The notes beneath the pieces were generated by a model that saw nothing but the letters and a program-made list of their open reading frames with translations, had not been told where the DNA came from and ran no database searches. A DNA stretch of 63,372 nucleotides, the filler included, from Conidiobolus incongruus B7586 (Eukaryota): NCBI GenBank assembly GCA_000697335.1. It is 7 parts of 7 records of this genome, joined end to end, with 100 filler letters (N's around TTAATTAATTAA, not from the genome) between each part and the next. Parts side by side here need not be neighbours in the genome. Positions count along the whole stretch, not along the records: positions 1 to 13,876 come from JNEM01006362.1; positions 13,977 to 28,319 come from JNEM01006365.1; 5 more parts are not named here. The stretch is one strand, 5' to 3'. Position numbers and translations under genes: made by a program. Each line of letters begins with the position of its first letter. Position 1 is the first letter of the stretch. Below are positions 12,125 through 25,973 of the stretch, one piece after another.

Positions 12125-13876
12125 TTTGTTATTTTTATTATCCTTTAATTTGATTTTAAATGGATTAGATTGAATGGAGTTGGATTTTTTTACCTTGGCA
12201 TTGAGGGTTTTTATATTGTGATTTTAGATATTACCTCATGATTATTTAATCAGAGTTCTTAATTGCATATTGATTAGAATTTAACCAATCATTAGTGAAT
12301 TAATATCAAGATTACTTTCATATGAATCTTAGATTTCAAAAAATTAATTTGGATAGAATAATGATTATTTTATGATTGGATAATTTGAATAATTTTTAAA
12401 ATTTCTCCAAAATTTAATATAATAATATTCATAATCAGTATATTAATAGATAATAAATAAAATACCATTTTCAATTTAAGCTTATATTAGAAGTTAAATC
12501 GATGATCATTCACAATATAACTGCTATTATTAAAAGATTCAATTAGAACTGAATCAAAAAAATTGAAATTTAATATAAAATAATATTATAACTTTAATTT
12601 TGTAACAAATATCCCATATTTGCAATTATTGATTTAATAATTAGTCCAAATATTTCTGGAATACTGGATTTAATATATATATGTATGTATGTTTTCCAAT
12701 TTTACTGTTCATCAAATTTTGTCTGAAATGAAGTTTTGTTAACTTGATTAATTTTTTCTAATGGTGTTCAATGTAATCAATGTAAAAATTATAAAGTTAT
12801 ATTGTGGTTTCTTAGATAGTAACCCGTCCGACCAACTCCTTGCGATTTATTACCTTATGGAGATAAAACTTGAGAACATCAGTCACACCTAATACGCTTT
12901 TTTATACTACCTACGGCAATTGAATGGGCTACAAAAGAGCCATTATTGGAATACTTTTTCATCACCATTTTCTGTCTTCTGTGAAGCCCATTAAACCGTA
13001 AAAATCATCATAAACCAAATTATCAAACAAACCACGAGCAATCTGCTGCATTCCCTACTATCAACTCTTAACTAGTAATCTGTTGAACCAAGATACCTTG
13101 GTTGATGATTTTGGTAATACCTTTCAATAGTGGTATATATAGCTTTTAATCAATATAAATGACTTAATTTATTTACATAATTTCTCCTTAACTGTTAAAT
13201 TTTAACTCATAATAAACACAAGTATTTAATAAATTGTTTGAAATATATTTAAAACTTGAGCTATTAATTTTTATAATAATATCAAAATACTAGTAGATTT
13301 TGAAATGTTCAGAAATACTTGGTTTAGGCTCGAATACTTTTTTCTCTTGCACAATACTATTTGTTGGTAGATAATATCTGATTAATTTGCTGAAATTATT
13401 AAGGCAATATTGATTTTCAATTTTAATCTTATATTTTGAATTTAAAATTAAAAATAAATTGATAAAAATTTTAAGGGAATCATAAAATTAAAAAAGATAA
13501 AACTCTAATTTAATATGAAGTCTAATATATAGAACTTTTTTGAATCTAAATAGACATTATATATTATATTGATATCTTCAATTAAAAATATATATATATA
13601 TTGGTTTATAATATTAAGTTATAAAAATCAAAATTATATATATTTTTAATAATTACTTAATCAGTTTTTAAACATATAAATTTAATCTAGAATATATAAA
13701 TAAAATATATTATTTAACTATATTAAATTAATTATTGCTCAAGATATTAAATCTTGAAATTTAAATAAAATATATTATATATTAATAAGTTATGGTTTTA
13801 TTAAAAAAATTAGAATTCTCTATATATATCTTTAGTTTCTTAATTTATTTAAATATATATTATATAAAGTTAATTA

Positions 13877-13976
13877 NNNNNNNNNNNNNNNNNNNNNNNN
13901 NNNNNNNNNNNNNNNNNNNNTTAATTAATTAANNNNNNNNNNNNNNNNNNNNNNNNNNNNNNNNNNNNNNNNNNNN
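13877..13976. other. Assembly gap spacer (N44-TTAATTAATTAA-N44)
   Basis: 100-nt linker with six-frame stops; the same linker recurs at 28320-28419, 37837-37936, 48005-48104, 56404-56503 and 61349-61448. Confidence 0.97.
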
Positions 13977-15054
13977 TAATAAATCAAATATTAAATATAT
14001 TTTTTTAAATATTAGTAAAGTTATTATAATATTAGAGGTATATAATAATTACAAACAAAAAGTAAAATATTAGTATTGTATATTTTATGTACTTCTCTAA
14101 AAAATATTTAAAAATTATAATAAAATATTTGAATAATATAATTTACCTATTTTGAATTATTAAGTTCGCAATGAGGTTTTTTTATTCAGAGTAAAAGTCA
14201 TACTTTTTATTTACTCAAACTCTTAAAATTTTCAAAAATTTTCTATTATAATTAAAATTATTCTTGAAAATATTAATGAAAACTAATATTAATTAATTAT
14301 GATTACCTAAAATCTATAATATTTATTAAAAATTTAATAAAAATGAAAGTAGTGATAATATGTCATTGTTAAAAAAAGTAAATAAAACTTGAAACTATAT
14401 TTAAATTAACGAATAAAAATTACTTTTATGGAATTCGGAAGATTAATAAAAAATACTAAGAATAAGTGATATATAATTCAAAAATTATTTTATTACTAAA
14501 GTTTTTTGTTTTTTTTAAACACAATATTTTAATTCGAGGAACTTGTATAAATTTCAGGGATGAAATCTAAATATATAAGCAATTCAAGTAATTTTTAAAA
14601 CCATCCTTATTTTGATACAAAATTTGAGATTAAGAATGTCCAAATTTGAATCCCATTTATGAATAATATATCATGAATAACTTAAGCTTGAATAAAAGCT
14701 AAACTGTGGCTGATTTTTGAATTATAATTATAGTCAGATCCATAGTATCTTAAATGTGAAATATTTTTCGTACATATTTGGTATAGGTTTATTAATTGAA
14801 AATTATATCTAATTAATAAATTTGAAAATAAAACAATTTATAATTCGAAACTCTTTACAATGTTTGATTGATATTATATTTATGAAAATAGAGGTTAAGA
14901 CATTGAAGTAATTATAGGAAATACCTTATATGACAATTTGAATAATCAAATATAGCTTAAGCTTTCTAAATTTTCAAAATTGTGGTTAACTGTTATTATC
15001 GAATATTAAATAAATAGAGCTTAAATCAATAGTAACAAATCAATTGAGACTTAA

Positions 15055-15331
15055 CAATTACCTAAAAAACTAAAACTAAACAACAATTTTTGGACAAAAA
15101 TAGAGATGGAAATAATATTATATTGAAAAATCTCAATTTGCATTGCTGCTGAGAATAACACATTAAATATTTAAGGGAAGTCTTGAAAGAGACATTGTTA
15201 ATCTTGAAGGATTGATATTGTTTAACTATCTTCCACTGACACTTGGTAATTTGAAAATACTCGAAAATCAACAAATAAAAGCTATTCATTTAGAATTCGA
15301 TAAGCTGAAAGTGTTAGAATTACATCATTAA
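15055..15331 (+). pseudogene. Degenerate leucine-rich-repeat (F-box/LRR-type) gene fragment
   Basis: Fragments QLPKKLKL...* and VNLEGLILFNYLPLTLGNLKILENQQIKAIHLEFDKLKVLELHH* show LxxLxL spacing; interrupted by stops and frameshifts. Confidence 0.3.
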
Positions 15332-18300
15332 TTATAAAATTTACTAATATTAATTGAATTGACAAATAGGATGTATTTCATGTGATCTCCACTTCTTGAA
15401 TTCGAAAGAATCAAACCTCAATATTAAATTAATATTCACCATTTTAGAAAAAAAAACATAAAGATTTTAGAGTTACGCATTGCCTTTTGGGTAAATTATA
15501 TAAAATTATTTTCATAATAAATAAACTTTAGTATATTTACAAATAATCAGGTTGGTTAAATTTAAAGGATATTTGTTCAACTAATTTTACAACAGTAAAT
15601 ATACAAGTAACAAACTCAACATATTTGGTATGATATTTCATCTATGTCATCATGATATCAACTTGTAATGAACCTTACCCCGTTTCTATTTCAAATATGA
15701 GTTCTATTATTGCAGTTTTTTGGATTATAATTTTTGTATTCATTTTTAAGATGATTTTATTAAAATTATAAGATTATCACTTATATTAAATAAATTAATT
15801 AAAATTACTTGATATTATTATTATTATTATTATTATTATTATCTAAATATCTAATAAAATCATATCATAATTTTATATTAATTGATTTTTGTTTCCAATA
15901 TCACAACTTTTAAGATAATGATAATATGATGAGGAATTTCCAATAGAGATATAATTTTGGTTTGATAGTTTTTAATCCATCATAATAAGAAAATATTATA
16001 TCTTTAAAAAATATATTTCAAAGCTAGATATTTGAATAAGATTTTATAATATACTTATTGAAATTAATTTTGTAAATTCTTTTTATTATTTTAATTATTA
16101 ATTTTTTATTATAAATATAAGATTTAATTTAATTATTAAAAATTTTCTATATATTAATAATAATTTATAGTATAATATAAAATAAGACAAATTTCAAATT
16201 CAATTAAAAATATTTATTTTTTATTTGATTATATACTATCATTGTAATGAATTAATTGAAATTCAAAGATTTCCAGATAAATCAAATTATATGGTTAATG
16301 AGAACTCAAATTATATTGAAAATTTTTTTTATTTTCTATAATACCCAAGAGACTTGTATATTTATTTTAATTAACTAACAAAATTGGAATATTTTCCAAA
16401 ATAGTTTATGCTTTAAATGAATTAACGAGTTTTTACTAATACAGGATTATAATCAAAATTATTTTAATTTTAATATAGTTTATGGATAATTTTCTCGGGT
16501 ATTCTTTATCAAATTTTATCTTGAATGATTATACAAATTTAATATCATAAATGGATTTAATATTTCAATATTATTATCATTTATAATATATAGTGAGATC
16601 CCAAAGTGCTACTCTTAACACCATTTCTAACCTCAGGTTTCTATTCTATAAGGAGCCTTTATGTTTATTGATCATTACTTGCGACATTTGGAGTATTGAT
16701 CAGTCTTAATGACCAAATCCAATGGCTTATTCCAAACACTACTTTGGCCAATAAACCCACAAATACACTTACCTACTATTAGATAACAACAATAACCATT
16801 GCCTCTCTCATTACAACATCCATAATACCCATACAGAAACTACAATAGCAATTGATGCATAAATACTGAAAGATCTGTATTTTATCAAGAAATTATCATC
16901 GAATATTATTAAATGTACTCTGGTAAATATATATTATTATAATTTTATATTCAAAATTATATGAAAGACAGAGATATATATTTGTTGTTGACTATATATC
17001 TTTCTTATATTTCCATTTAAAGAAAATGACGAATTATTTTTAATATTAGAATTTTATCTATTAAAATGAATTAATTTTATTATTTACAAAAATATACTTA
17101 ATTTTCAATAACTTTAATCTCTGTAATCAATTATTAAATATTTATTAAAAAGGAATAATAACTATATTATTAATTTAGGAAAAACAGGTTATTGGTTAAT
17201 GGATGAATAATAATAGTCACACATTTATTGTTCTAATTAAATCAATTTAGTCAATCATATACACTATAGTACATAATGTTTGTTGAAATAATTGTAAGTA
17301 ATAACTAAGTTAGACAAAATGGTCGGATTTAAAGAGAAGATAAATTAATATAATTCTAATAAAGTTAAAAAATGGATCAATTCCGTATGTTTGATTAGTT
17401 TTAAAGTATAAGAAACAAATAAAAATGTACGGTTTGACAATCTAAATTGAGTATGTCATCCCGATATAATGGTCATTCATTTTGTTTTTTTAGGTTAACT
17501 TAATATAGTAATGTAATTTGATCATAAAAATCTAATATGATTTCATTTTAAAAGGAAATAAAAAAAACAAATTAATGATATAATTCAAAGTATTTCAATA
17601 TAATAATTAATATTCAATAATTAGTAAAAGATTAAGTAAAAAAAATTCAATATAATAATATTATAAAAATATTAATAATAAATAAATAAATAAAATTCTA
17701 AAATTAAATCGAGAAACTTGTTTAAATTAATTAATAATTATGATTTTTTTTATTAAATTTTAAAATATAATCTAATTTTAATTCATAGTAAGAATAATTT
17801 ATTAATTGCATTATTTAAATATATAATAAACTTGAAAATAATCATTTTAATGATATTATTTATATTAATAAAACCAGTTATATTAGTTGATAATCATATA
17901 ATATATATTTATATTTCAATTTTTATATATTATAACTAAGTTCAATTAGAATTGTTAATTATTCTCTAATGAACTTTATGTTGATACTTCATAATTATAT
18001 GTATTTTACATTGATATGAAACCTTCTATATATGGAATTAACTATGACCACATTTGGAAAAGTCGCTATACTTAATGAATTCAGAAAGTATCAAGTCAAT
18101 AAACTCATTTTCATGTATCTTTAACATAAAAAATAATGGATTTTTTTTTCTTTATCAAAGGATTTCGAATGAATAATGAATAAAGAATAATCAAAAATGA
18201 TTGGTTCAATAATGAATTTCTGTTGAATAATTGGATGAATATTATAATGTCAATAATGAAATTTTAATTGCATGATATAAGAATTTCAGGGGTAGTTTTA

Positions 18301-19595
18301 TGGAATTTGAAATTAAGTAAGGAGATAGATAGATTAAGTAATACGAAATATCAGAATTTAGGTAACTGAAATTATCAAAATAACGAATATTAGTTTATGC
18401 CTTACAATTTCGTAGGATTGAAGTATTTTTGAATGAATTGGGTTATTTTTATTAACGGATAATAAATTTTTTTAATTCCATCTTTTTATATAAAACATTG
18501 TGCTTTGTTAAATTTTGCTTGTATATTTGTTAAACAACTTTATTTGTCAAGTTCCATCTTCAGTAAATTAGTCTAATCTTAATCTATGCTAATAGCTTTA
18601 ATATCTATTATAATTCCTTAAAAAAGTTGAAAATCGGTAATTTTAGAGGTTTGTATTTTACTTTAAAAAAGTACGTGATTAGGTATTCGGAGGCAGATTT
18701 AATAAGTGTGTTTATGATATTACTCTACGTTGTAATGGAATTAATATTAGTAAATAGTCGCATTTAGGAAAGTGGAAAAAAGTGTGGTTCAGAGGAAAAA
18801 TTATTGATTTGTCATTATTTGGTTGAATCATTCTCGCAATATAGTCTTAGTTGACTCAAGTAATTAGAGGATAAGTTTAATAGGAAAACACAAATTCACC
18901 TTAATACATAGAAAACCACTCTTCTATATTATTGATTATAAATATGAAACACTTAAAATGTTTAAATTAATAAATGAATCGAAAATATATATCATGTTTT
19001 GGGTGTGATTTTAATGAGGATGTAAAATAGCTAAATTGGTTAATTAATAATAGTAATTTTCTAGAGATTATTTATGTATATTGATTAAATACTTTTCAGT
19101 ATAAATATATATATATATCAACATTATCACCTGAAAAATATCTTATGTTTAAACAACTATTATAATTGTGATAACTTTATAATTGTAAATATAACAATAT
19201 TTATATTTATATTTATATTCAAAATTAATTCATGATTTAATCACATTATCAAATAAATAAATAAGTTTGAAGTATTATGTAATAGTTGAAAAAATTTGAA
19301 AATTAAATTTCTTCTAATTGATTGGTTGTTTTAAAATGCATTTATAAGTAATAATTAAATAAAATTATTTCAAATTAGTTTTACTATTATTTTTAATTAA
19401 ATTTGAATTAATATTATTTTTTTATAAATTTTGCATAAATTTGAATATTTGTAAATCATTTTAACAAAGCTAAATTTTATTAAATTTAAATTTATATTTA
19501 ATAATTAATGAAATTAATAATTATTAGTGATTTCATTTTGAGCTGATATATTATTAATCAAAATTTACTAGAAATTGAATATTTTCTTAAAATAC

Positions 19596-19635
<40 letters not shown>

Positions 19636-21142
19636 AAAAGATTTTTGAAAAATTCAAAATATAAAATATAAATTGAGTGTTATTTAGGTCATGTTTATTA
19701 ATTATATATATAAATATGAAATACAAAATTGATGAGTTGATTAAATATTTATCATAATTAATAAATTACCTAGCATGAATAGTTTTATATTTATTTGATT
19801 CATATTTCATATTGAATTTAATCATAATTTACAAAAATATTTTATAATGAGAAATATTAGAATAACAATATAAATATCAAAACATATACAATTCAATAAC
19901 ATATTTTTATTTTAGTGAAAAATTATTTAAATGCTTTATTACTTTATGCTCTATTGTGTAACTATAATTTCAATGAAAATACTTTATACTTCAATTTTAA
20001 TTATAATTTAATTTATTGAATATTTTCATAATTAAAACTCTTTTTGAGAACAGAGTTAATTATAAATTGATATATGATGCCCATATATATATATATATAA
20101 ACATATTGTGTTTGTATTCATTCTATAATTTTTTAATACCATTAAATTGTAGTTTTAATAATTCGAATTAATTGCAATTTAATATTGTTATTAGAATATA
20201 ACTTGAAAATAGAGAAATCAAATATTTAACTATCAGATTAATACATCCCTATATTTGCTTTATTTAAATGATGTATTAGCCATTAAATTACAAATCAACT
20301 TGTATTTCAACATTGTGTCTTTTATATTAATTATATCCCGACAATTTGAAACTGAAAAAAGTGAACATAACAAGTATATCGTGTTAAATTTTTCCGATGC
20401 TTAAAATTTTGCGAATCCGATAAATTTCCTATATTGAATTTAAACTTGAAATTGTTATTAGTTGGGATATTTGTGTAGAGATTAATAAAAAATTGTGAAA
20501 TTTATTATGAGCTCTCTTAATATTAATACAAACTTTTGATAAATATATATCTAAAGATTTCATACTATTGGAAATGATTTTGATCAGAATGTAGAGAGCA
20601 GTTATTAAATTATTAATACACACAGATATAAAACAAAACTCTAGATCCAAATCATGTTGATTGTTGATTTATTATTTTGGATCATCAAAATCTATAATCA
20701 CATGCAAAAGTAGGATTGTCTTTAATTCTGCTTAAATTTCACCTCTTTCTTCAATTCTACAGCACTTAGCCCAATTTTTATTGATGGAATTTTCAAAATT
20801 TATCACTCTCACGAAAACTCGCAGGAAGAAATTATTAATGTGAATAATGATTTAACATACTAAAATAAATATTAAATTTGATATATGCATTAGTAGCATT
20901 GATATTAATATAACCATACTTGAAGAATGTCATTATACTAACCTGATCTAATAACACATATGGAATTTTGAATAGCACACTTATATAATGATTATAATTA
21001 AAAACTTGTGGATTTAGATTCCTGTGTTTTTCATCATTAATATAATCTAAATATTTGGTGGGTATATATTTATAGAATTTATTTAAAAGGTTAAGTTATA
21101 TTTGAACATTATTGAGGTGTTTGTTTAAAATTAAACAGCAAT

Positions 21143-21145
<3 letters not shown>

Positions 21146-21179
<34 letters not shown>
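21146..21179. repeat. (AT)n microsatellite
   Basis: About 17 AT units; similar tracts at 8221-8242 and 19601-19630. Confidence 0.9.
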
Positions 21180-21182
<3 letters not shown>

Positions 21183-22241
21183 AAAAAACATGCCATTAAT
21201 TTTATTTTAAAAATAGCTAAAGTTATTAATCAATTTGAACTTTTGAAGTAAAATCATATTGAAAATATTATATTATTGTTTAAATATACACTCAAACATT
21301 ACTCTATTTTTTCATATATATATATCAATTTAACAATTCTTACATATTATTCATTCATTAATATTGATAAAAATATTGCCATAAAATGGATTCTTTCAAA
21401 AGTATTTTAATATTAATAAATTATCGAATTGTATTATAGTATACAAACCATTTGCCTTAGTAGAATTTGCATACTACGATTTCATGATAATGAAAATGAG
21501 CAGCAATACTCAGCATTAAAAATTTTATCAAATGATTCATTTTAATTCAATTATGATAATGCAATCATGCTCACATCACTCAACTAGTTTTAAATTAATT
21601 TTTTCGACATTTATTGTGGGTAAAATGAGATAAATATAGCACCTCTTTTAATAATTAATTAAGTATTAGAAATTGTATGTTGAATCTCTTAGAATTGATA
21701 TTGTATTATATTTGTAGATGATGTCATTGTTCGCTTGGGGTGTTAAACTATTACAAGTTGGATATATTCTATAGATATTGTGGAAGTTGATGATTGTTCA
21801 TAACACAATTAACAAAATGATTGTTTTGAGTATTGGGATTGTATATGTTTCAAATTAATGACATTTCATTTGTGTTTGCTATCATGAGTTTTAAAGTAAT
21901 TTGCTTTTCAATCATGTTTAACCTTTGAGTCTTAAACATTTCACTTGTTAATTAACCCAATTATCAGGCAAAAATTGAATAAGTAGGGATAATGATTATA
22001 AATGCCTTAGATTTCACCTCATTTAATATTATCAGTTTTTTTTCATAAATTTCATTTCTATCACAACTATTTTGAATATACTTATTTAGATGAATAATTA
22101 TAGTGAATTGTAAAATATTTAGTTTTAATTAAGAGCTCAAATATAACTAACATTGTCGAGCTGTGTAAATAATTCTAATTGATCAATTATTATATATTAA
22201 TCTAAATAAAATGTAAATAATTATCAAAAATATTGCATTAG

Positions 22242-22273
<32 letters not shown>

Positions 22274-22295
22274 CATTATTATTATTACTATTATT
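22242..22295. repeat. (ATT)n microsatellite
   Basis: Near-perfect ATT run; similar tracts at ~8728-8759, ~15812-15841, ~35921-35948 and 55244-55283. Confidence 0.9.
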
Positions 22296-23819
22296 TTTTG
22301 TTTCTAAATAATTAACCATTTTTAATGACAAAAAATATATCTCTGTAAAAGATTGTTAATTAATTTCGATAATTAAAATTTAAATACAAATTATTCTTTA
22401 GAAACAATCAAAAATTTTCAAGCGTATTCTGTACATAGAATAGAGATAGCTAACACTATTATGCTCTAATATTAACTATCTGTATCCTAATCAAACTTTA
22501 TATTTATATGAAATTCCTTAAAGTTTTTATTCTACACAAAGTCTGACACATTGATTAACAATACATCTAATTCAATTTTATTTTAAATTCATTATTTAAT
22601 TTATTCTTAATTAAAAAATAATATCAAAATTCTATTGAAGCTTTTGAATTTTAAATAAAAAACATTAATTTGAATTTTAAATTATTTTGAAATATATTTT
22701 CTAATAACTATATATCAAACAATGATACAAAAGACTTGGTAAAATATAAATGAGTATTATATATATATATGTTTTTAGGTCATATTTATCATTTTTCTTA
22801 TGAGTATTATAATTATAATATATTTTATAAATATTGAAATATATAAAATTAAAAATAAATGCATGAATTATTAAGATATAATGATAGAAGGATTGATAAT
22901 ACACTAAAAAATTTCAAGGATATTTTTTCGTATGGTTTTACTTTAGAAATCCATATTTTGTGTATTAATTTTATTTCAAAATATGAGGATATCCGAAGCA
23001 TTAAAATCATATTGAATCATCGACTTTAATCGTCATTTCTATTCATTTACCTCTATCTCCTCAAATTTGACGTATTTACGCGAAATTTTTAACTCAATAA
23101 TCTGTCTCACAATATTTTGAGAGGAACCCATAAATATCAATCATTGGACAAATTGAATAGTGGCTATATACCAAGTTTTTAATATTAAAGAACCATAAAC
23201 TCCAAAATCAATTTTATTATATAATATTTTTTTTGGAATTCTAATATTACTTAGTTTCATATAGTTTTATAATTAAAAGGCCTTTTCTCACTTAATACAA
23301 TAAGTTTAAAATTATGAAGTAATAATGTAAAATTTTAATTTCAGAATTTATATTGGATTCTGATTTAATAATATTTTATCAATAAGAGATCATAGTAATT
23401 TAATAACTCATTTTTTTATTCTGAGTTGAGTGTGAATCAGTATGTTAATAAAGTCTGAGTTGGAGGTCATTTGAGATTATTATTTGATTTTGATTTTGAC
23501 CAAATCTTTGAAAATTGTAATTTGTCTTAAACAAATAACTAAACAAGTGGGAATTTTGAATCATGACTCTTTTCAATTAAGATGGCAAAAATATATGAAA
23601 CAATTTCACCCTTGTTTAATCTAAATCGCATCAAGTCCTTTGAAATCCAGATGGAGGTGTTGGGGTGGGAGTGACATTTCAATTAGGTTAATTATGGTTG
23701 GGGATGGGTGGCATGAACTGAAAATTAGGAGGAGTACAAGCAGTAAATGAGGGGTGGGTGGGATTCATCTTCACCATCATCACCATCATTACCTGTTTTG
23801 ATCAACCCTAACTCTTCTC

Positions 23820-23834
23820 CAATCGACTATAAAA
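23820..23834 (+). promoter_or_regulatory. CCAAT and TATA box of cyclin gene
   Basis: CCAATCGAC-TATAAAA (TATA 23828-23834) followed by a pyrimidine-rich, ATG-free leader up to ATG 23960. Confidence 0.55.
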
Positions 23835-23959
23835 AGGAACTTAATTATCAAGTTATAACACAACAAACTAACCAACCTTATAGTCATATTTCCTACTTCT
23901 ATTTTTCTGTATATATTGTACTCTCTCTAATTATTCCTCATAGAATTCTCATTTCTAAA

Positions 23960-24709
23960 ATGGTTTACAACACTTCATCCGCTTATTACTCTCAAATTAC
24001 TCCTTTGACTCCCAAGTCTTCATCCACTACTCCTCCTTCTAACAATGCCCTTCCTCTCAATCTTCATATCCAAGAGCAACGCATTCAATCTTTATCTAAT
24101 TTCTTATACCGCTCCGTCCGTTTAGCTATGCCTCGTCATCCAAACCTTCCTCTCAACAGATACAACCGAGTTAGTTTTCAAAGATATTGTTATCATTTTG
24201 TTAAGGGTAGTTTGGTTTCACCAAATGTAGTTTTATTGGCTATGGATTATTTAAGAAGATTACAATGTAATTCAACTTCAACAATGCTCAGAGCCAGATC
24301 AGCCATTGAGGTAACTGTTGTAGCTGTGATGATGGCTTCCAAATTTTTGTTGGACCACACCTACAATAACCGCTCATGGGCTATGCTAAGTGGCGTTGAC
24401 TTGGCAAGTTTGAATCAAATGGAGCGTGAATTGCTTAGAGACTTAGATTATAACTTGAACATCACTCAAGAGTGGTTCTCAGGTTGGCAAAGACTTTGGT
24501 TTAGACACTCACCTATTCCCACTCTTCCAACTCCTCAATTACCCAGCCTTGTTGGTATCAAAAGACCAAGCCAACATACCGCTACTCTTCCACCTCTAAA
24601 AATGGTTAATATTACCTATCCCACTCCACCACCATGCTCCCGTCCTATTCTTCCACCTCGAGTCCAATACACTAGGAGTCTCCCCTACCCCAATCAATAT
24701 CAGCTCTAA
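23960..24709 (+). CDS. Pho80/Pcl/Clg1-family cyclin (Pho85-type partner), ~249 aa
   Basis: Cyclin box VSPNVVLLAMDYLRRL...MMASKFLLDHTYNNRSWAMLSG...LNQMERELLRDLDYNL; P/S/T-rich termini with TP sites. Start moved from the ORF-track 23747 to in-frame AAAATGG at 23960, downstream of the TATA box. Confidence 0.88.
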   Translation: MVYNTSSAYYSQITPLTPKSSSTTPPSNNALPLNLHIQEQRIQSLSNFLYRSVRLAMPRHPNLPLNRYNRVSFQRYCYHFVKGSLVSPNVVLLAMDYLRRLQCNSTSTMLRARSAIEVTVVAVMMASKFLLDHTYNNRSWAMLSGVDLASLNQMERELLRDLDYNLNITQEWFSGWQRLWFRHSPIPTLPTPQLPSLVGIKRPSQHTATLPPLKMVNITYPTPPPCSRPILPPRVQYTRSLPYPNQYQL

Positions 24710-25943
24710 TTGTTGAATTATGTGTATTATGTATAATTAATCGAATTTAAATGGGTTGATTATAGGATTGACCTTTGTATTTTACTAAAATTGCATAACA
24801 TTGTAAATTATAATTCAAAATTGAATAGTTTATACTATTCTGTATGAAATATATTGACCAAGTCCAATATTTTTCATACGCCTGTATTTTTACTTAATCA
24901 AAATTAACAAAATAAAAATCATCATTTAATCATTATATATTACATGAATTTGATTCATTCTTTCTTTATTAATTCTGTATATTAATTGATTTAAAATTAT
25001 AAATATTATTTTGATTAAATTTGATATAAATTTTTTTTAAATGACAGAAAAAAAAATAGATGAATTCATTATTATGTGATTGAATAAAAATGTTTAAAAG
25101 AACATTCAAGTAGGGGATCTAATATTCGGGAGACATCAACTAACTGACTCCCTATGATATGACCCTTGCCCCTACTCCATTTCTATTGTGTTAATTTAGA
25201 GAGAATCAATTTAGGGGTACAAATGAATGATTATTTAAATTATCACAATTATGATTTGTTCAAATATAAATTCAGTTATTCAATATTTATAAAATTAGTA
25301 TATATCCGATTAATTGAAATTTAATACAAACAAAGCTTGTTATTAAAATATGATAAATGAATTATTGGTTAAAAATCTTAGATTTTTATCTAATCAGGTA
25401 ATATAATTTATGTTTGTTCATCCTTATTTCATTATCATAATGATTTAATATTATAATCACTTTCAATTCTTTTCTTATTGGTCCTGACATCATCAAAATT
25501 CTATTTATAATAAATATATTTTAGACTAATATAAATACAATAACCATTTAAATTATGAAAGAATAATTTTCTAATATTTAACATTGTTATATATAATTAA
25601 TAAAATTTAAAAATATTAAAGATTTGATTAAATTTTATATTAACCTAAATGAATATTATTTGATCTAGTTCGGAGTTTTAAATCTAATTTAGAAAATCAA
25701 ATAAACCAATAAAAACTTAATGGATTTTAAAAAAATATTTTCGAAATTTTTTATTATACACCAATCAAATAAATATTAAAAATCAATATAATAGAATAAA
25801 TATGTTAGAAAATGATGTTAAATGTCAATATTTATTATATATCATTTTTTATTTTACATACAACTTATAAATTTAAATTTTAATTTGAATCTCACAAGAT
25901 TGATATATAGTTGAAAAGATTTAATGGAGGTAGGGGATGTGAG

Positions 25944-25973
25944 GAAGGAGAAGGAGAAGGAGAAGGAGAAGGA
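25944..25973 (+). repeat. (GAAGGA)5 purine hexamer repeat
   Basis: Direct reading. Confidence 0.85.

Noticed and set aside
13921..13932. Recurring TTAATTAATTAA palindrome between N runs (six times)
   Set aside because: Artificial scaffolding linker with stops in all frames.
23747..23959. 71-aa N-terminal extension of the cyclin in the ORF track
   Set aside because: Spans the CCAAT/TATA and leader; the ATG at 23960 has better context.
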